Assembly: GCA_051305935.1 (NCBI GenBank)
Contig: JBPPMG010000108.1
Span: 1 to 60,237 of the forward strand
Source of the DNA: Thermoanaerobaculia bacterium
GTDB lineage: Bacteria > Acidobacteriota > Thermoanaerobaculia > Gp7-AA8
DNA length: 60,237 nt
Direction of reading: 5' to 3'
This document shows positions 41,357 to 50,281 of the stretch, in pieces; the first letter of the stretch is position 1; each line of letters opens with the position of its first letter. Both the position numbers and the translations under genes were made by a program. The notes beneath the pieces are model-generated. The model ran no database searches, was not told where the DNA came from, and saw only the letters and a list, made by a program, of their open reading frames with translations.

Positions 41357-41815
41357 TCACTCCGCCGTCCACATCGCGACGCCGGCTTCGCTGATCGAGA
41401 GCGGGGGATAGCGATCGGCGACATCGGCGGAGTCGTTGTAGGGAACGGCGTCGATCTCGATCCAGGCATGTCCGAGAAGCTTGGGGCCTTCCTTTCGCGC
41501 CCCGATCCGGAGGTGCGGCGCGAGCCTTCGGCGCTCGAGCATCCGCTTGAGCGCGAGCGCCTTCGGGAGGCAGTTGAGTCGAAACAGATGGTGGTTGGCG
41601 GCCAGGAGGAACATCTCCAGCAACTGCGGCGGGAGATCGTGTTCGTCGCGGTGCTCCGGGGCTTTCCGGTCGAGCGCTCCGCGAACGGCTTTCGCAGCGT
41701 CGAGCGACAGCAGGGTGCGGGCGCGGGCGAGCTCGATCCAGGCCTCGGCGACAAGGAGCCAGTCGCGCGGCGACAGGGTCGCGGCTCGGCGGAGTTTCTC
41801 GCTCAGTCTTCCCAC
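41357..41815 (-). CDS. Lasso-peptide-biosynthesis B2-like transglutaminase-fold cysteine peptidase (Transglut_core3-like), orphan
   Basis: 152 aa. N-terminal ...LSPRDWLLVAEAWIELARARTLL..., then ...NCLPKALALKRMLERRRLAPHLRIGARKEGPKLLGHAWIEIDAVPYND..., giving the Cys...His...Asp arrangement typical of McjB-C/B2 proteins. Confidence 0.7.
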   Translation of the reverse strand: MGRLSEKLRRAATLSPRDWLLVAEAWIELARARTLLSLDAAKAVRGALDRKAPEHRDEHDLPPQLLEMFLLAANHHLFRLNCLPKALALKRMLERRRLAPHLRIGARKEGPKLLGHAWIEIDAVPYNDSADVADRYPPLSISEAGVAMWTAE

Positions 41816-41836
41816 TGCGTTCCCGGGTTCCAGTCT

Positions 41837-43381
41837 CTATACGCCGCTCGAGGTGTCGACGACGGCAATCTGCTCCAACTCTCGCGATCCTTGTGTGGCA
41901 AGACGGCCGCCGAGCTCGGTGAGGAAGCGCAGGTGTCTGGCCGTGTCGTCGGAGAAGTGGGCGTGATGCGTCCGCCATCCCCAGTTACCGCTCGCCACTC
42001 CAGGACGGTTCATCCTTCCTTCGCTCCCGAGGCCGAACACGTCCTGCGCAGGAGCGATCGCCCATTTTGCGACCGATGTGATCGCGGCCCGAATCATCGA
42101 CCAGTGTGCGGCGCGCTCGTCGCCCCCGATGTAGTCGAGTGCCCGGCGCTTCTCCCAGTCGGGCGCAGCGCGGAACCAGCCGAGCGTCGTGTCGTTGTCG
42201 TGTGTGCCGGTGTAGACGATCGAGTCGACGCTGTGGTTGTGCGGCGCGTAGGGATTGTCGAGGTCGCCGAACGCGAACTGCAGGATCTTCATCCCGGGCA
42301 GACGAAGCTGGTGGCGAAGTTTCTCCACGTCGGCCGTGATCACTCCCAGGTCCTCGGCGACGAGCGGAAGATCGCCGAGAGCGTTTCGGATGGCGTCGAA
42401 GAGTGGCTTTCCCGGCCCGCGCTTCCAGCGGCCGTTCATCGCGGTCGGCTCTCCCGCGCGCACTTCCCAGTAGCCGGCGAAGCCGCGGAAGTGGTCGAGG
42501 CGGATGTAGTCCGCGATGCGAAGGTTCGCCTTCACGCGGGAGATCCACCAGGCGTAGCCCTCCTGCTTCATCACGTTCCAGCGATAAATCGGGTTTCCCC
42601 AGAGCTGTCCGGTGGCGCTGAAGTAGTCGGGCGGGACTCCGGCGACGACCGTCGGCCTTCCCGCGTCATCGAGCCAGAAGAGATGCTGATTCGCCCAGAC
42701 GTCGGCGCTGTCGAAGGCAACGTAGATGGGCACGTCGCCGATGATCGAGATTCCCTTCGCGTGCGCATCCTGTCGGATCCTTTGCCACTGTCGGAAGAAG
42801 AGCCATTGCTCGAACTCGCCGTAAGCGAGCTCGTCGGCCAGCTCGCCGCGTGCACGATCGAGCGCTTCGGGCTGGCGCGTCGCGAGATCGCGGTCCCAGG
42901 CCGCCCATTCGCGTCCGCCGAAGCGATCCTTGAGCGCACGGAAGAGTGTCCAGTCGCGGAGCCACGATGCCTCTTCGGCACGGAAGGCGTCGAACTCCTG
43001 GCGCAGCGGCGAGTCGCCGTACGTGCGAAACCTTTCCCACGCCATGCGCAGCAACCCTTGCTTCTGCGCGACTGCACGGCCGAAGTCGACGTGGTCTTCG
43101 GGGAGATGCGGCGGATTGTCGACCACGGAGGCGTCGAGCAGGCCGTCTTCGACGAGTCGCCGAGGCGAGATCAGGGTCGCGTTGCCCGCGAACGAGGAAA
43201 GTGCGCCGTACGGGGAGTTCCCCATGCCGGTGGGCCCGAGGGGGAGAATCTGCCAGAGCGTCTGGCCTGCCTGCTCGAGCCAGCGCAGGAAACCGAGCGC
43301 TTCGTCGCCGAGGTCACCGATTCCCCACGGGCCTGGCAGCGACGTCGGATGAAGAATCAGGCCTGATTTTCGTGGATTCAT
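41837..43381 (-). CDS. malQ: 4-alpha-glucanotransferase (amylomaltase)
   Basis: MNPRKSGLILHPTSLPGPWGIGDLG...DHFRGF...GTHDNDT... GH77 signatures. Confidence 0.93.
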   Translation of the reverse strand: MNPRKSGLILHPTSLPGPWGIGDLGDEALGFLRWLEQAGQTLWQILPLGPTGMGNSPYGALSSFAGNATLISPRRLVEDGLLDASVVDNPPHLPEDHVDFGRAVAQKQGLLRMAWERFRTYGDSPLRQEFDAFRAEEASWLRDWTLFRALKDRFGGREWAAWDRDLATRQPEALDRARGELADELAYGEFEQWLFFRQWQRIRQDAHAKGISIIGDVPIYVAFDSADVWANQHLFWLDDAGRPTVVAGVPPDYFSATGQLWGNPIYRWNVMKQEGYAWWISRVKANLRIADYIRLDHFRGFAGYWEVRAGEPTAMNGRWKRGPGKPLFDAIRNALGDLPLVAEDLGVITADVEKLRHQLRLPGMKILQFAFGDLDNPYAPHNHSVDSIVYTGTHDNDTTLGWFRAAPDWEKRRALDYIGGDERAAHWSMIRAAITSVAKWAIAPAQDVFGLGSEGRMNRPGVASGNWGWRTHHAHFSDDTARHLRFLTELGGRLATQGSRELEQIAVVDTSSGV

Positions 43382-43515
43382 CGCACGCCTCCCGCGGATC
43401 TGTTCGCTCGATTCTCTGCGAGTACCTGGCAGGGCGCAAGCACTCGGTAGCGCTCGCGGTACCTTGCTTTCCGCTACAATCGGGCGCGCCGCGGCGCGCC
43501 GCGGAGTTTCGAGAC

Positions 43516-44682
43516 ATGGCGAAGAAGCGCATCGGAATTCTCACCGGCGGAGGCGACGTGCCAGGTGTGAATGCCGCGATCAAGTCGATCGTGCATCGAC
43601 TCGAACTCCACGGGCACGAAGCGGTCGGCCTGCGGCGCGGATGGGCGGCGCTCATCAACGTGACCGCGGAGGATGACGACCTTGCACGCCGCCGCTGGGT
43701 CGCGCCGCTCACGGCGCAGACGACCCGCAGCATCGACCGGACACTCGGAACCGTCCTCCACACCTCGCGCGTCAATCCCTCGATCGTGAAGCCGGGACGG
43801 GTCCCGGAGCACCTCGCGGGCGAGGCGCCGATCGGAGAGAAGGGGACGATCGACCTGACCGCTGCTGCGGCGCGCGCGGTCGCGCTGCTCGAGCTCGACG
43901 GGCTGATCGCCATCGGCGGCGACGGAACGCTCTCGTTCGCGCGCCGTCTCGCCGACGAAGGGATTCCACTCGTCGCGATGCCGAAGACGATGGACAACGA
44001 CGTCTTCGGCACCGACTACTGCCTCGGGTTCTCGTCCTCTGTGACCCGCGCCGTGCAGTTCATCCAGGACCTCAAGAGCGCCGCCGAGTCGCACGAGCGA
44101 TTTCTCATCTGCGAGCTCTTCGGGCGTTACTCGGGAGAGACGAGCCTGCTCACGTCGTATCTGGCCGGCACCGATCGCGCCCTGATCGCGGAGGTTCCTT
44201 TCGACTGGAACCACCTGTTCGACCTGCTCTCTCGCGACCGGATGGACAACCCGAGCGGGTTCGCAGTGCTGGCCGTGTCCGAGGGCGCGTGCCCGATCGG
44301 CGGACGGCCGACGGGCTTCGGCCGGGTCGATGACTTCGGCAACCCCACGCTCGGTGGCATCGGCCAGGAGATCTCGGATTACTTCGAGCAGCGGACGGGC
44401 GAGCGCGTGATCTATCAGCGCATCGCCTACCTGATGCGCTCCGGTCCGCCCGACTCCGTCGACCAGCTCGTCGCGAACACCTACGGAGTGCTGGCCGCCG
44501 ACATGGCGCACGCGGGAGATTTCGGAAAGATGGTTGCCGTCCATGGCGGCCGCTACACCGCGGTGCCGCTCAGGATCACGGGAGAAGGCCGGAAGCGGGT
44601 CGACGTCGCAAAGTTCTACGACGCCGGTTCCTACAAGCCGAAGCTCTCGAACGTCCTCGGGCTGCCGATGTTCCTGCACTGA
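43516..44682 (+). CDS. 6-phosphofructokinase family protein (phosphoryl donor not determinable by eye)
   Basis: MAKKRIGILTGGGDVPGVNAAIKS...IGGDGTLS...PKTMDNDV... I chose the ATG at 43516 inside track ORF 42946-44682. Confidence 0.88.
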   Translation: MAKKRIGILTGGGDVPGVNAAIKSIVHRLELHGHEAVGLRRGWAALINVTAEDDDLARRRWVAPLTAQTTRSIDRTLGTVLHTSRVNPSIVKPGRVPEHLAGEAPIGEKGTIDLTAAAARAVALLELDGLIAIGGDGTLSFARRLADEGIPLVAMPKTMDNDVFGTDYCLGFSSSVTRAVQFIQDLKSAAESHERFLICELFGRYSGETSLLTSYLAGTDRALIAEVPFDWNHLFDLLSRDRMDNPSGFAVLAVSEGACPIGGRPTGFGRVDDFGNPTLGGIGQEISDYFEQRTGERVIYQRIAYLMRSGPPDSVDQLVANTYGVLAADMAHAGDFGKMVAVHGGRYTAVPLRITGEGRKRVDVAKFYDAGSYKPKLSNVLGLPMFLH

Positions 44683-44765
44683 GGGTGAGCGGAGTGGCTC
44701 TGAGCGGAATCAAGACGGCCATAGGAGTCCGATCAGAGGAAAGCCCGGAGGCGGCGCGGAGCGCC

Positions 44766-44798
44766 GCAGGATCGGTAGCCCCCGACTTCAGTCGGGGG
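44766..44798 (+). repeat. REP-like element, copy 1 (contains the CCCCCGAC-TTCA-GTCGGGGG hairpin)
   Basis: GCAGGATCGGTAGCCCCCGACTTCAGTCGGGGG. Its near-identical inverted partner is at 44920-44952. Confidence 0.75.
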
Positions 44799-44919
44799 GG
44801 CGATGCGGAAGAACGAACAAGGCGCCGCGGAGCGCCGCCGGAATTCGCGCGTCGATTGGGCACGCGGCGCCAGGATCCTGCGCCGCTCGGCGGCGCTGCG
44901 TATTGGGGTCGCGCCCATT

Positions 44920-44952
44920 CCCCCAGCTGAAGCTGGGGGCTACCGATCCTGC
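44920..44952 (-). repeat. REP-like element, copy 2 (inverted)
   Basis: The reverse complement reads GCAGGATCGGTAGCCCCCAGCTTCAGCTGGGGG, matching copy 1 at 30 of 33 positions by eye. Confidence 0.75.
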
Positions 44953-45063
44953 GCCGCTGACGCGGCGGAGTGACCCGCGAGGAAGTCTACGGGCGGGTTC
45001 GCTTTACGCGTCCCTGGCTCAGCGCAGCTCGGCCGACATGACGGCGCGAACGCTTGTTCATTG

Positions 45064-45129
45064 GAAGCGAAGCGAGGAATCTGCGAAAGGATCGATTTTA
45101 ATCGTTTTGCAGATTCCTCGCTTCGCTCG
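45064..45129. terminator. Long hairpin (19-bp perfect stem, AT-rich 24-nt loop) between convergent PFK and GH57 genes
   Basis: AGCGAAGCGAGGAATCTGC (45066-45084) pairs with GCAGATTCCTCGCTTCGCT (45109-45127). The loop holds a CGATT/AATCG mini-stem. Confidence 0.55.
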
Positions 45130-45155
45130 GAATGACGGCGTTCGCCGCCTCGCGC

Positions 45156-47624
45156 CTAACGGTCCGCGTGAGCTGCCGCTTTGTCCTGCACCGTCCCCGC
45201 GTTCTCGATGAGCGCCATCTGCATCGAGAGCATCGGGCCGAGGGCGTGGAAGATCTCGATCCAGCGCGCGTGCTCCTCGCCGTTGCCGCGGGCGTTCGCG
45301 CGGGTCTGTCCGACCATGCGGTAGTAGGCGTTCTGCGCCCTGCCGAGGTCGATCTCGAACGGGAGCGAGTGCGCGAGGTCGACGACCGCGTGCAGCGCCT
45401 CGAGAGCCGCTAGCTCCTCGGGGTCTGCCGCGAATCGCGACACGGCGCGATCGAGCGTCTGCTTTAGCGAATAGGCCAGCGAGGCGTTGTCTAGCGAGAC
45501 CTGCTCGCTTCGCGCCTGCGCGAGCAGGCTCTCCACGAGCGGCCGCGGAGCATCGTCACGCTCCAGCGCGCGGCGAAGTCGCAGGTTCAGGTCGGCCTCC
45601 GCTGCAGCGTAGAGGACCTTCGGCAGCGGCACCGAAAGGTCGGAGTGGAGCTTGACGAGCGGCACGTAGCGGTCGTGGAGCGCGCGGAATGCCGCTTCGG
45701 CCTCGGAGAGCGCGGCAGTCCAGATCAGCGACAGGATGCTTCGCTGCTCGTCGCGAAAAAGAGATCGAATCGAGAACGGCAGCGACTCGAAGTTGCGATC
45801 GAGGAGCCGGACCACGGCCGCGAAGTCGTTGCGCAGTTCCGGGTCGGCGAGCTCCTCGCGGAGCTTGTCGTAGTCCTCGTCCGCGACGAGTACACGCGAC
45901 CCGCCGGTCAGCTTCACGTCGCCGAGGTAGAGGACGCCGAACATGACTTGCTGGGTCTCGTGCGTGACGCGCGAGCGGATGCGCAGCTTTCCCGCCGAGA
46001 CCTTCGCCGATCCTGCCTCGAAGATCTGAAGGTCCTCGCGCTCGATGTCGTAGCAGTAGATGTGCGTTCGCGCGGGAAACGGCTCGAAGAGCGAGGCGAT
46101 CGCGTAGTGCGCGGCGACACCCGCGAACTCGACCGTCGCGGGACGGACGTGGCGCTCGTAGACGTCGCGTGCGGTCCCCTGAGCTGGAAGATTGCTCTTC
46201 GCCGCGGAGAGGCGTTCGAGGAACGCGGCCTCGAGCTCGACGCCGAAACAGGCCTTCGCGAGCTGCAGGACGCGCCCCGCGTAGCGGAGAATCTGCTGCG
46301 TCTCGATTCCACTCACGTCGTTGAAGAACCATCCGCAGCTCGTGTACATGAGCATCGCGTTGCGCTGGAGCTCGAGGAGCTCGAGGGTTCGGACGCGCTG
46401 GGCGGGCGTGAGATCGGGATGGCCGAGCTGACGAAGCAGGCGCTCGAAGCTCTCCTCGCCGGGCTCGAGGACGATGTCGATGTAGTGGTTGCGCGCCCGC
46501 CACGGATGGCCGAACAGCTCGCGCCCCTCGTTCTCGAATCGGGGCGAGACCTGGTCGCGGAGCCAGTCGAGCGCGTCGCGAAGGGGCGCCCGCCACTGCT
46601 GGTTCCAGCCGAACGGTGCGCCCGTGCTGCAGCCGCAGTCAGCGCGCCAGCGGGAGACGCCGTGCGGGCAGCTCCACGACGTGTCTTCGTGGATCTGAAC
46701 TTCCTGCGTCGGCGGGAAGAGCGCGAGAAACTCGCCGTAGTTCGTCAGTCGCGCGAGATCGTGCTTCTCGATGTAGTCGAGCGCGTAGGCGAGCGCCATG
46801 TCGCCTTTCGGATGATGGTGGCCGTAGGTCTCGCCGTCGGTGGCGATGTGGACGAGCTGCGCGCGCTTGCGTGTCGCGGAAAAGGCGCCGACGAGACGGT
46901 CGGCGAGGTACTCGCCCTTGTGGAGCAGCCGCTCGAACGCGACGCCGCGCGAGATCGGTCCGTCGTAGAAGAAGAGCGCGAGCGTCCGTCCCGAAGGCAG
47001 TGCCACGCGGTACGGCATCGACGGGTCGATCTTCGCCCCGCTGACGTCGTTCCAGACCTTGTCGCCGATTGCCCGCACGGCCTTCGCCTGGTGCGGGGCA
47101 AGGACGGTGAACAGGATCCCATGCTCGGCGAGCAGGTCGAGCGAGTCGAGATCGACTGCCGTCTCGGGCAGCCACATCCCTTCCGGCCTGCGGCCGAAGC
47201 GACGCTCGAAGTCGCGGATTCCCCATAGAATCTGCGTTTCCTTGTCGCGGCGGTTCGCCAGCGGCATGATCAGGTGGTTGTAAGCCTGTGCGAGCGCGGA
47301 ACCGTGGCCGGAAAAGCGCGCGCGGCTCGCGACGTCCGCCGCAAGAATGTCGGCATACGTTTCGGGCGACTTCCGCTCGAGCCACGACAGAAGCGTCGCT
47401 CCGAAGTTGAAGCTGATCCGCGCGTAGTTGTTCTCGATCTTCACGATGCGGTCGGCGTCGTCCAGGATGCGCGACGATGCGTTCGGCGCGTAGCACTCGG
47501 CCGTGATCCGCTCGTTCCAGTCGTGGTAGGGAGCCGCGGAATCCTGGAGCTCGATCTCTTCGAGCCAGGGGTTCTCTCGCGGCGGTTGGTAGAAATGTCC
47601 GTGAATGCAGATGTATCGGTCCAT
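45156..47624 (-). CDS. Glycoside hydrolase family 57 protein (alpha-glucan-acting) with a long C-terminal helical domain
   Basis: MDRYICIHGHFYQPPRENPW...ETAV...ATDGETYGHH... GH57 hallmarks. I chose the ATG at 47624 inside track ORF 45156-47744. Confidence 0.88.
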   Translation of the reverse strand: MDRYICIHGHFYQPPRENPWLEEIELQDSAAPYHDWNERITAECYAPNASSRILDDADRIVKIENNYARISFNFGATLLSWLERKSPETYADILAADVASRARFSGHGSALAQAYNHLIMPLANRRDKETQILWGIRDFERRFGRRPEGMWLPETAVDLDSLDLLAEHGILFTVLAPHQAKAVRAIGDKVWNDVSGAKIDPSMPYRVALPSGRTLALFFYDGPISRGVAFERLLHKGEYLADRLVGAFSATRKRAQLVHIATDGETYGHHHPKGDMALAYALDYIEKHDLARLTNYGEFLALFPPTQEVQIHEDTSWSCPHGVSRWRADCGCSTGAPFGWNQQWRAPLRDALDWLRDQVSPRFENEGRELFGHPWRARNHYIDIVLEPGEESFERLLRQLGHPDLTPAQRVRTLELLELQRNAMLMYTSCGWFFNDVSGIETQQILRYAGRVLQLAKACFGVELEAAFLERLSAAKSNLPAQGTARDVYERHVRPATVEFAGVAAHYAIASLFEPFPARTHIYCYDIEREDLQIFEAGSAKVSAGKLRIRSRVTHETQQVMFGVLYLGDVKLTGGSRVLVADEDYDKLREELADPELRNDFAAVVRLLDRNFESLPFSIRSLFRDEQRSILSLIWTAALSEAEAAFRALHDRYVPLVKLHSDLSVPLPKVLYAAAEADLNLRLRRALERDDAPRPLVESLLAQARSEQVSLDNASLAYSLKQTLDRAVSRFAADPEELAALEALHAVVDLAHSLPFEIDLGRAQNAYYRMVGQTRANARGNGEEHARWIEIFHALGPMLSMQMALIENAGTVQDKAAAHADR

Positions 47625-47637
47625 TGGGCGGGAGAGG

Positions 47638-50025
47638 TTACTGCTTCTCGTTCGTGAATTCGAGCACGGCGCGCACGCGAACTCTGACGCCGTCCTTGGT
47701 GGCGGGCAGGTAGCGGCTCGCCGCGGTGGCCTGAATCGCGGCATTGTCGATCACCTCGTCGCCGCTCGACTCGAGGACCTGCATCTGCTCCGGCGAACCG
47801 TCGATGCCTACGATGAGGCCAATCGTGGCAGACCCGCGAGTCCGCTTCAGACGCTCCTTGAAGGACAGGCGGAGCGGCTGTTTGGAAACGAGCTTCGCAT
47901 CGACGACTCCGGGGCCGAGCTCGACGAGTGCTCCTTCGACGACCGGTGGAGGCGGCTCCGGTTCGGGCTCGACGGTCTCCGTCGGAGGAGGTGGTGGAGG
48001 GGGCGCCGACTCACGCTTCCTCACCGGAGTGGGCTTCGGCTTCTCGGGCTCGGGAGGGCCCTGGGTCGTGAGCGCAGTCTCGGTCGCGGCGGTGTCGGAA
48101 GCGGCGGTGTCGACCGCGGGAGGAACGCTTGCCGAAGGCAGCGTCTCGATGATCTGGATCTCGCCCGTCGTGGTTGCCGATGTGGCGGTCGTGTCGGTCG
48201 ATACCGGTGTCGAAATCGTCGGCACCTTCGAGCCAGCGACGTATTTGGCGTAGAGCTTCCACGCGGCGTACCCGGCAACTGACAGTGCGGCGAGCGCAAG
48301 AAGCGCAACGACCGCGATGATCGCGATCGTTTTCGTGCTCACGCCCGCCTTCGGCTTCGCCGGAACGGGAGCCTGAACGGGCGGCGCCGCGGGGCGTGGG
48401 GCCGGAGCGGGAGGCGGAGCGGCAGTTCGACCTTTCGATGGCGGCGGCGGAGGAACAACCGGAGGCGGCTTCACCGGCGGGGGAGGTGAAGGCGCCGGCA
48501 GCGGCTGGGCCGTGGCGACGGTAGGAATCTCGTCCTGGTCGACCCGTGTCAGTGGAGGCGGCGGAACCGGCGACTTCGGCTGCGGGATCGGCTCGGTGAC
48601 TGTGGGCGCCTGCGATTGCTGCCATTTCTGGAACGGCATCGTCTCCGCAGATTCTTCTTCGTGAGGCCGGCCGCCTGCGGGGGGAGCCGGCGCTCGTGGG
48701 GGCTCAGGCTGTTCCGGGGACGCGGACACTCCCATCAACTGGTCGCGCAGGTCGCGGGACATCTGCGGGATCGCCTCGGTTCGCTCGATTGGCTCGCTCG
48801 ACGCGGGTGTTTCTGCAACCGTTGGCCGAATCTCCTCGTCGTCGTCCCTGAGGTCGTCGAGCGACATTTCGACCGTGCCGCGCCGCACGGGTTTCGATTC
48901 TGCTTCCGCTGCCTTTCTCTCGGCTTCGAGCTCGGCAAGGGAGATCTCCACCGTGCCTTCTCGCTTCGGAGGAAGGGGCAGGCCTGCGGCCTTGTAGAGC
49001 TCCCGGTCGCGGGTGATGCGGGAGAGCGTGCCTTCCGTATCGTAGTTCGGGCGCGCGGCGATCTGGTTTCCAAGCTCGCGAATCGCGTCGGTGGCCGAGG
49101 GAAAGCGCTCGTCGCGGTCGCGGCGCAGGAGGCGAAGGATGATCCCTTCCACGTTCGGGTCCATGACGATCGACGCGTCGCGGGGCGGCACCTGGGTGAT
49201 CTCCGTGGTGAGGCGCTTGATCACCGAGGCGGCAGGAGTGGAGCCCGCGAACGGCACGTCGCCGGAAACCATCTCGTAGAGCACGATGCCGAGGGAGTAG
49301 AGGTCGCTTCTCTGGTCGATCGGATCGGGATCCTGCGTGTTCACCTGTTCCGGCGACGCGTAACGGGCCTTGCCGACGAAGAAGCCGGTCGAGGTGAGAC
49401 CTTCGCCGTCGAGCGCCTTCGCGATCCCGAGGTCGATGAGCTTCACGACCGTCTCGCCCGATGCGTTCTGGGTGAGCATGACGTTGTCGGACGCGACGTC
49501 GCGGTGGACGATGCCGCCCGCGTGAATCGCCTCGAGCGCGAGCAGCGCCTGTTCGGCGATCCGGAGGACCTGCGCAATCTCGAACCGGCCGCCGGCGCGG
49601 ATGTGCTCGGCGACCGTCATGCCGTCGACGTACTCGTTCACCATGTAGAACGACCCGTCCTCGAGCTGGGCGAAGTCGAACAGCGACGCGAGATTCGGGT
49701 GGTTGATCGAGGCGGCGAGCCGCGCCTCGCGAATGAACCGCTTCGTTCCCGTGTCGTCCTCGCGCGCGCTCGGCTTGCGGATCTTGACGACGCGGAAGTC
49801 GCCGAGGTGTACGTGACGGACCTTGTAGAGCTCGCCCATGCCGCCCGTCGGCAGGATCGCGACCACTTCGTACCGCCCGTCGATGACGTCACCGATCTGG
49901 AAGCGGGTTCGCGACGCGACGCTCGCTCGCGTCTCGTCCACAGGGGGAGGCGCGCCACACTTCGGGCAGCGATCCGCATTCCTGGGGACCGGCTCACCGC
50001 AGCGTCGGCATCGAATTTCGGCCAT
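47638..50025 (-). CDS. Ser/Thr protein kinase: N-terminal zinc ribbon, kinase domain, Pro-rich linker, one TM segment, TonB-C-like domain
   Basis: MAEIRCRRCGEPVPRNADRCPKCG. Kinase motifs: ...YKVRH...VKI..., HRDVASDNVM, DLGIAK, SPEQ. TM segment IAIIAVVALLALAALSVAGYAAW. C-terminus ...GSATIGLIVGIDGSPEQMQVLESSGDEVIDNAAIQA... Confidence 0.88.
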   Translation of the reverse strand: MAEIRCRRCGEPVPRNADRCPKCGAPPPVDETRASVASRTRFQIGDVIDGRYEVVAILPTGGMGELYKVRHVHLGDFRVVKIRKPSAREDDTGTKRFIREARLAASINHPNLASLFDFAQLEDGSFYMVNEYVDGMTVAEHIRAGGRFEIAQVLRIAEQALLALEAIHAGGIVHRDVASDNVMLTQNASGETVVKLIDLGIAKALDGEGLTSTGFFVGKARYASPEQVNTQDPDPIDQRSDLYSLGIVLYEMVSGDVPFAGSTPAASVIKRLTTEITQVPPRDASIVMDPNVEGIILRLLRRDRDERFPSATDAIRELGNQIAARPNYDTEGTLSRITRDRELYKAAGLPLPPKREGTVEISLAELEAERKAAEAESKPVRRGTVEMSLDDLRDDDEEIRPTVAETPASSEPIERTEAIPQMSRDLRDQLMGVSASPEQPEPPRAPAPPAGGRPHEEESAETMPFQKWQQSQAPTVTEPIPQPKSPVPPPPLTRVDQDEIPTVATAQPLPAPSPPPPVKPPPVVPPPPPSKGRTAAPPPAPAPRPAAPPVQAPVPAKPKAGVSTKTIAIIAVVALLALAALSVAGYAAWKLYAKYVAGSKVPTISTPVSTDTTATSATTTGEIQIIETLPSASVPPAVDTAASDTAATETALTTQGPPEPEKPKPTPVRKRESAPPPPPPPTETVEPEPEPPPPVVEGALVELGPGVVDAKLVSKQPLRLSFKERLKRTRGSATIGLIVGIDGSPEQMQVLESSGDEVIDNAAIQATAASRYLPATKDGVRVRVRAVLEFTNEKQ

Positions 50026-50281
50026 GAAGAGTCCCAAGAGTATAGCCGGTGAATGGCTTCGCACGAGGTTCCCGATTGACATTCGAGGAGAGACTCCTCG
50101 GCTTGACCCGTCTCCCGATTCCACATAAAAGGTGTATGACGGCTGCATCGGTGCGATAGGCTCCGACCACGAGTTTCGTGGTCGAGAGAGCCCCCTCGCC
50201 CGAGAGCCGTGATGAAGCCGCGCCTGCGGCGGGTCCCGGATCGGGTCGCCCGACCGCGCGTGGCGCGCGACAGGAAAGACA

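Noticed and set aside
44534-45211. 225-aa + strand ORF and several 60-95-aa ORFs across the PFK-GH57 spacer.
   Set aside because: The region is built from nested palindromic repeats and a long hairpin. The ORFs read through inverted repeats, begin inside the PFK gene, and have no RBS.
50026-50281. The divergent kinase/glgB spacer, with TTGACA / TTGACC hexamers and a 9-bp hairpin (CGACCACGA-GTT-TCGTGGTCG at about 50166-50186), considered as a riboswitch or sRNA.
   Set aside because: I recognise no known riboswitch consensus, and the -10 candidates are weak. Promoters are likely somewhere here, but I cannot place them with confidence.
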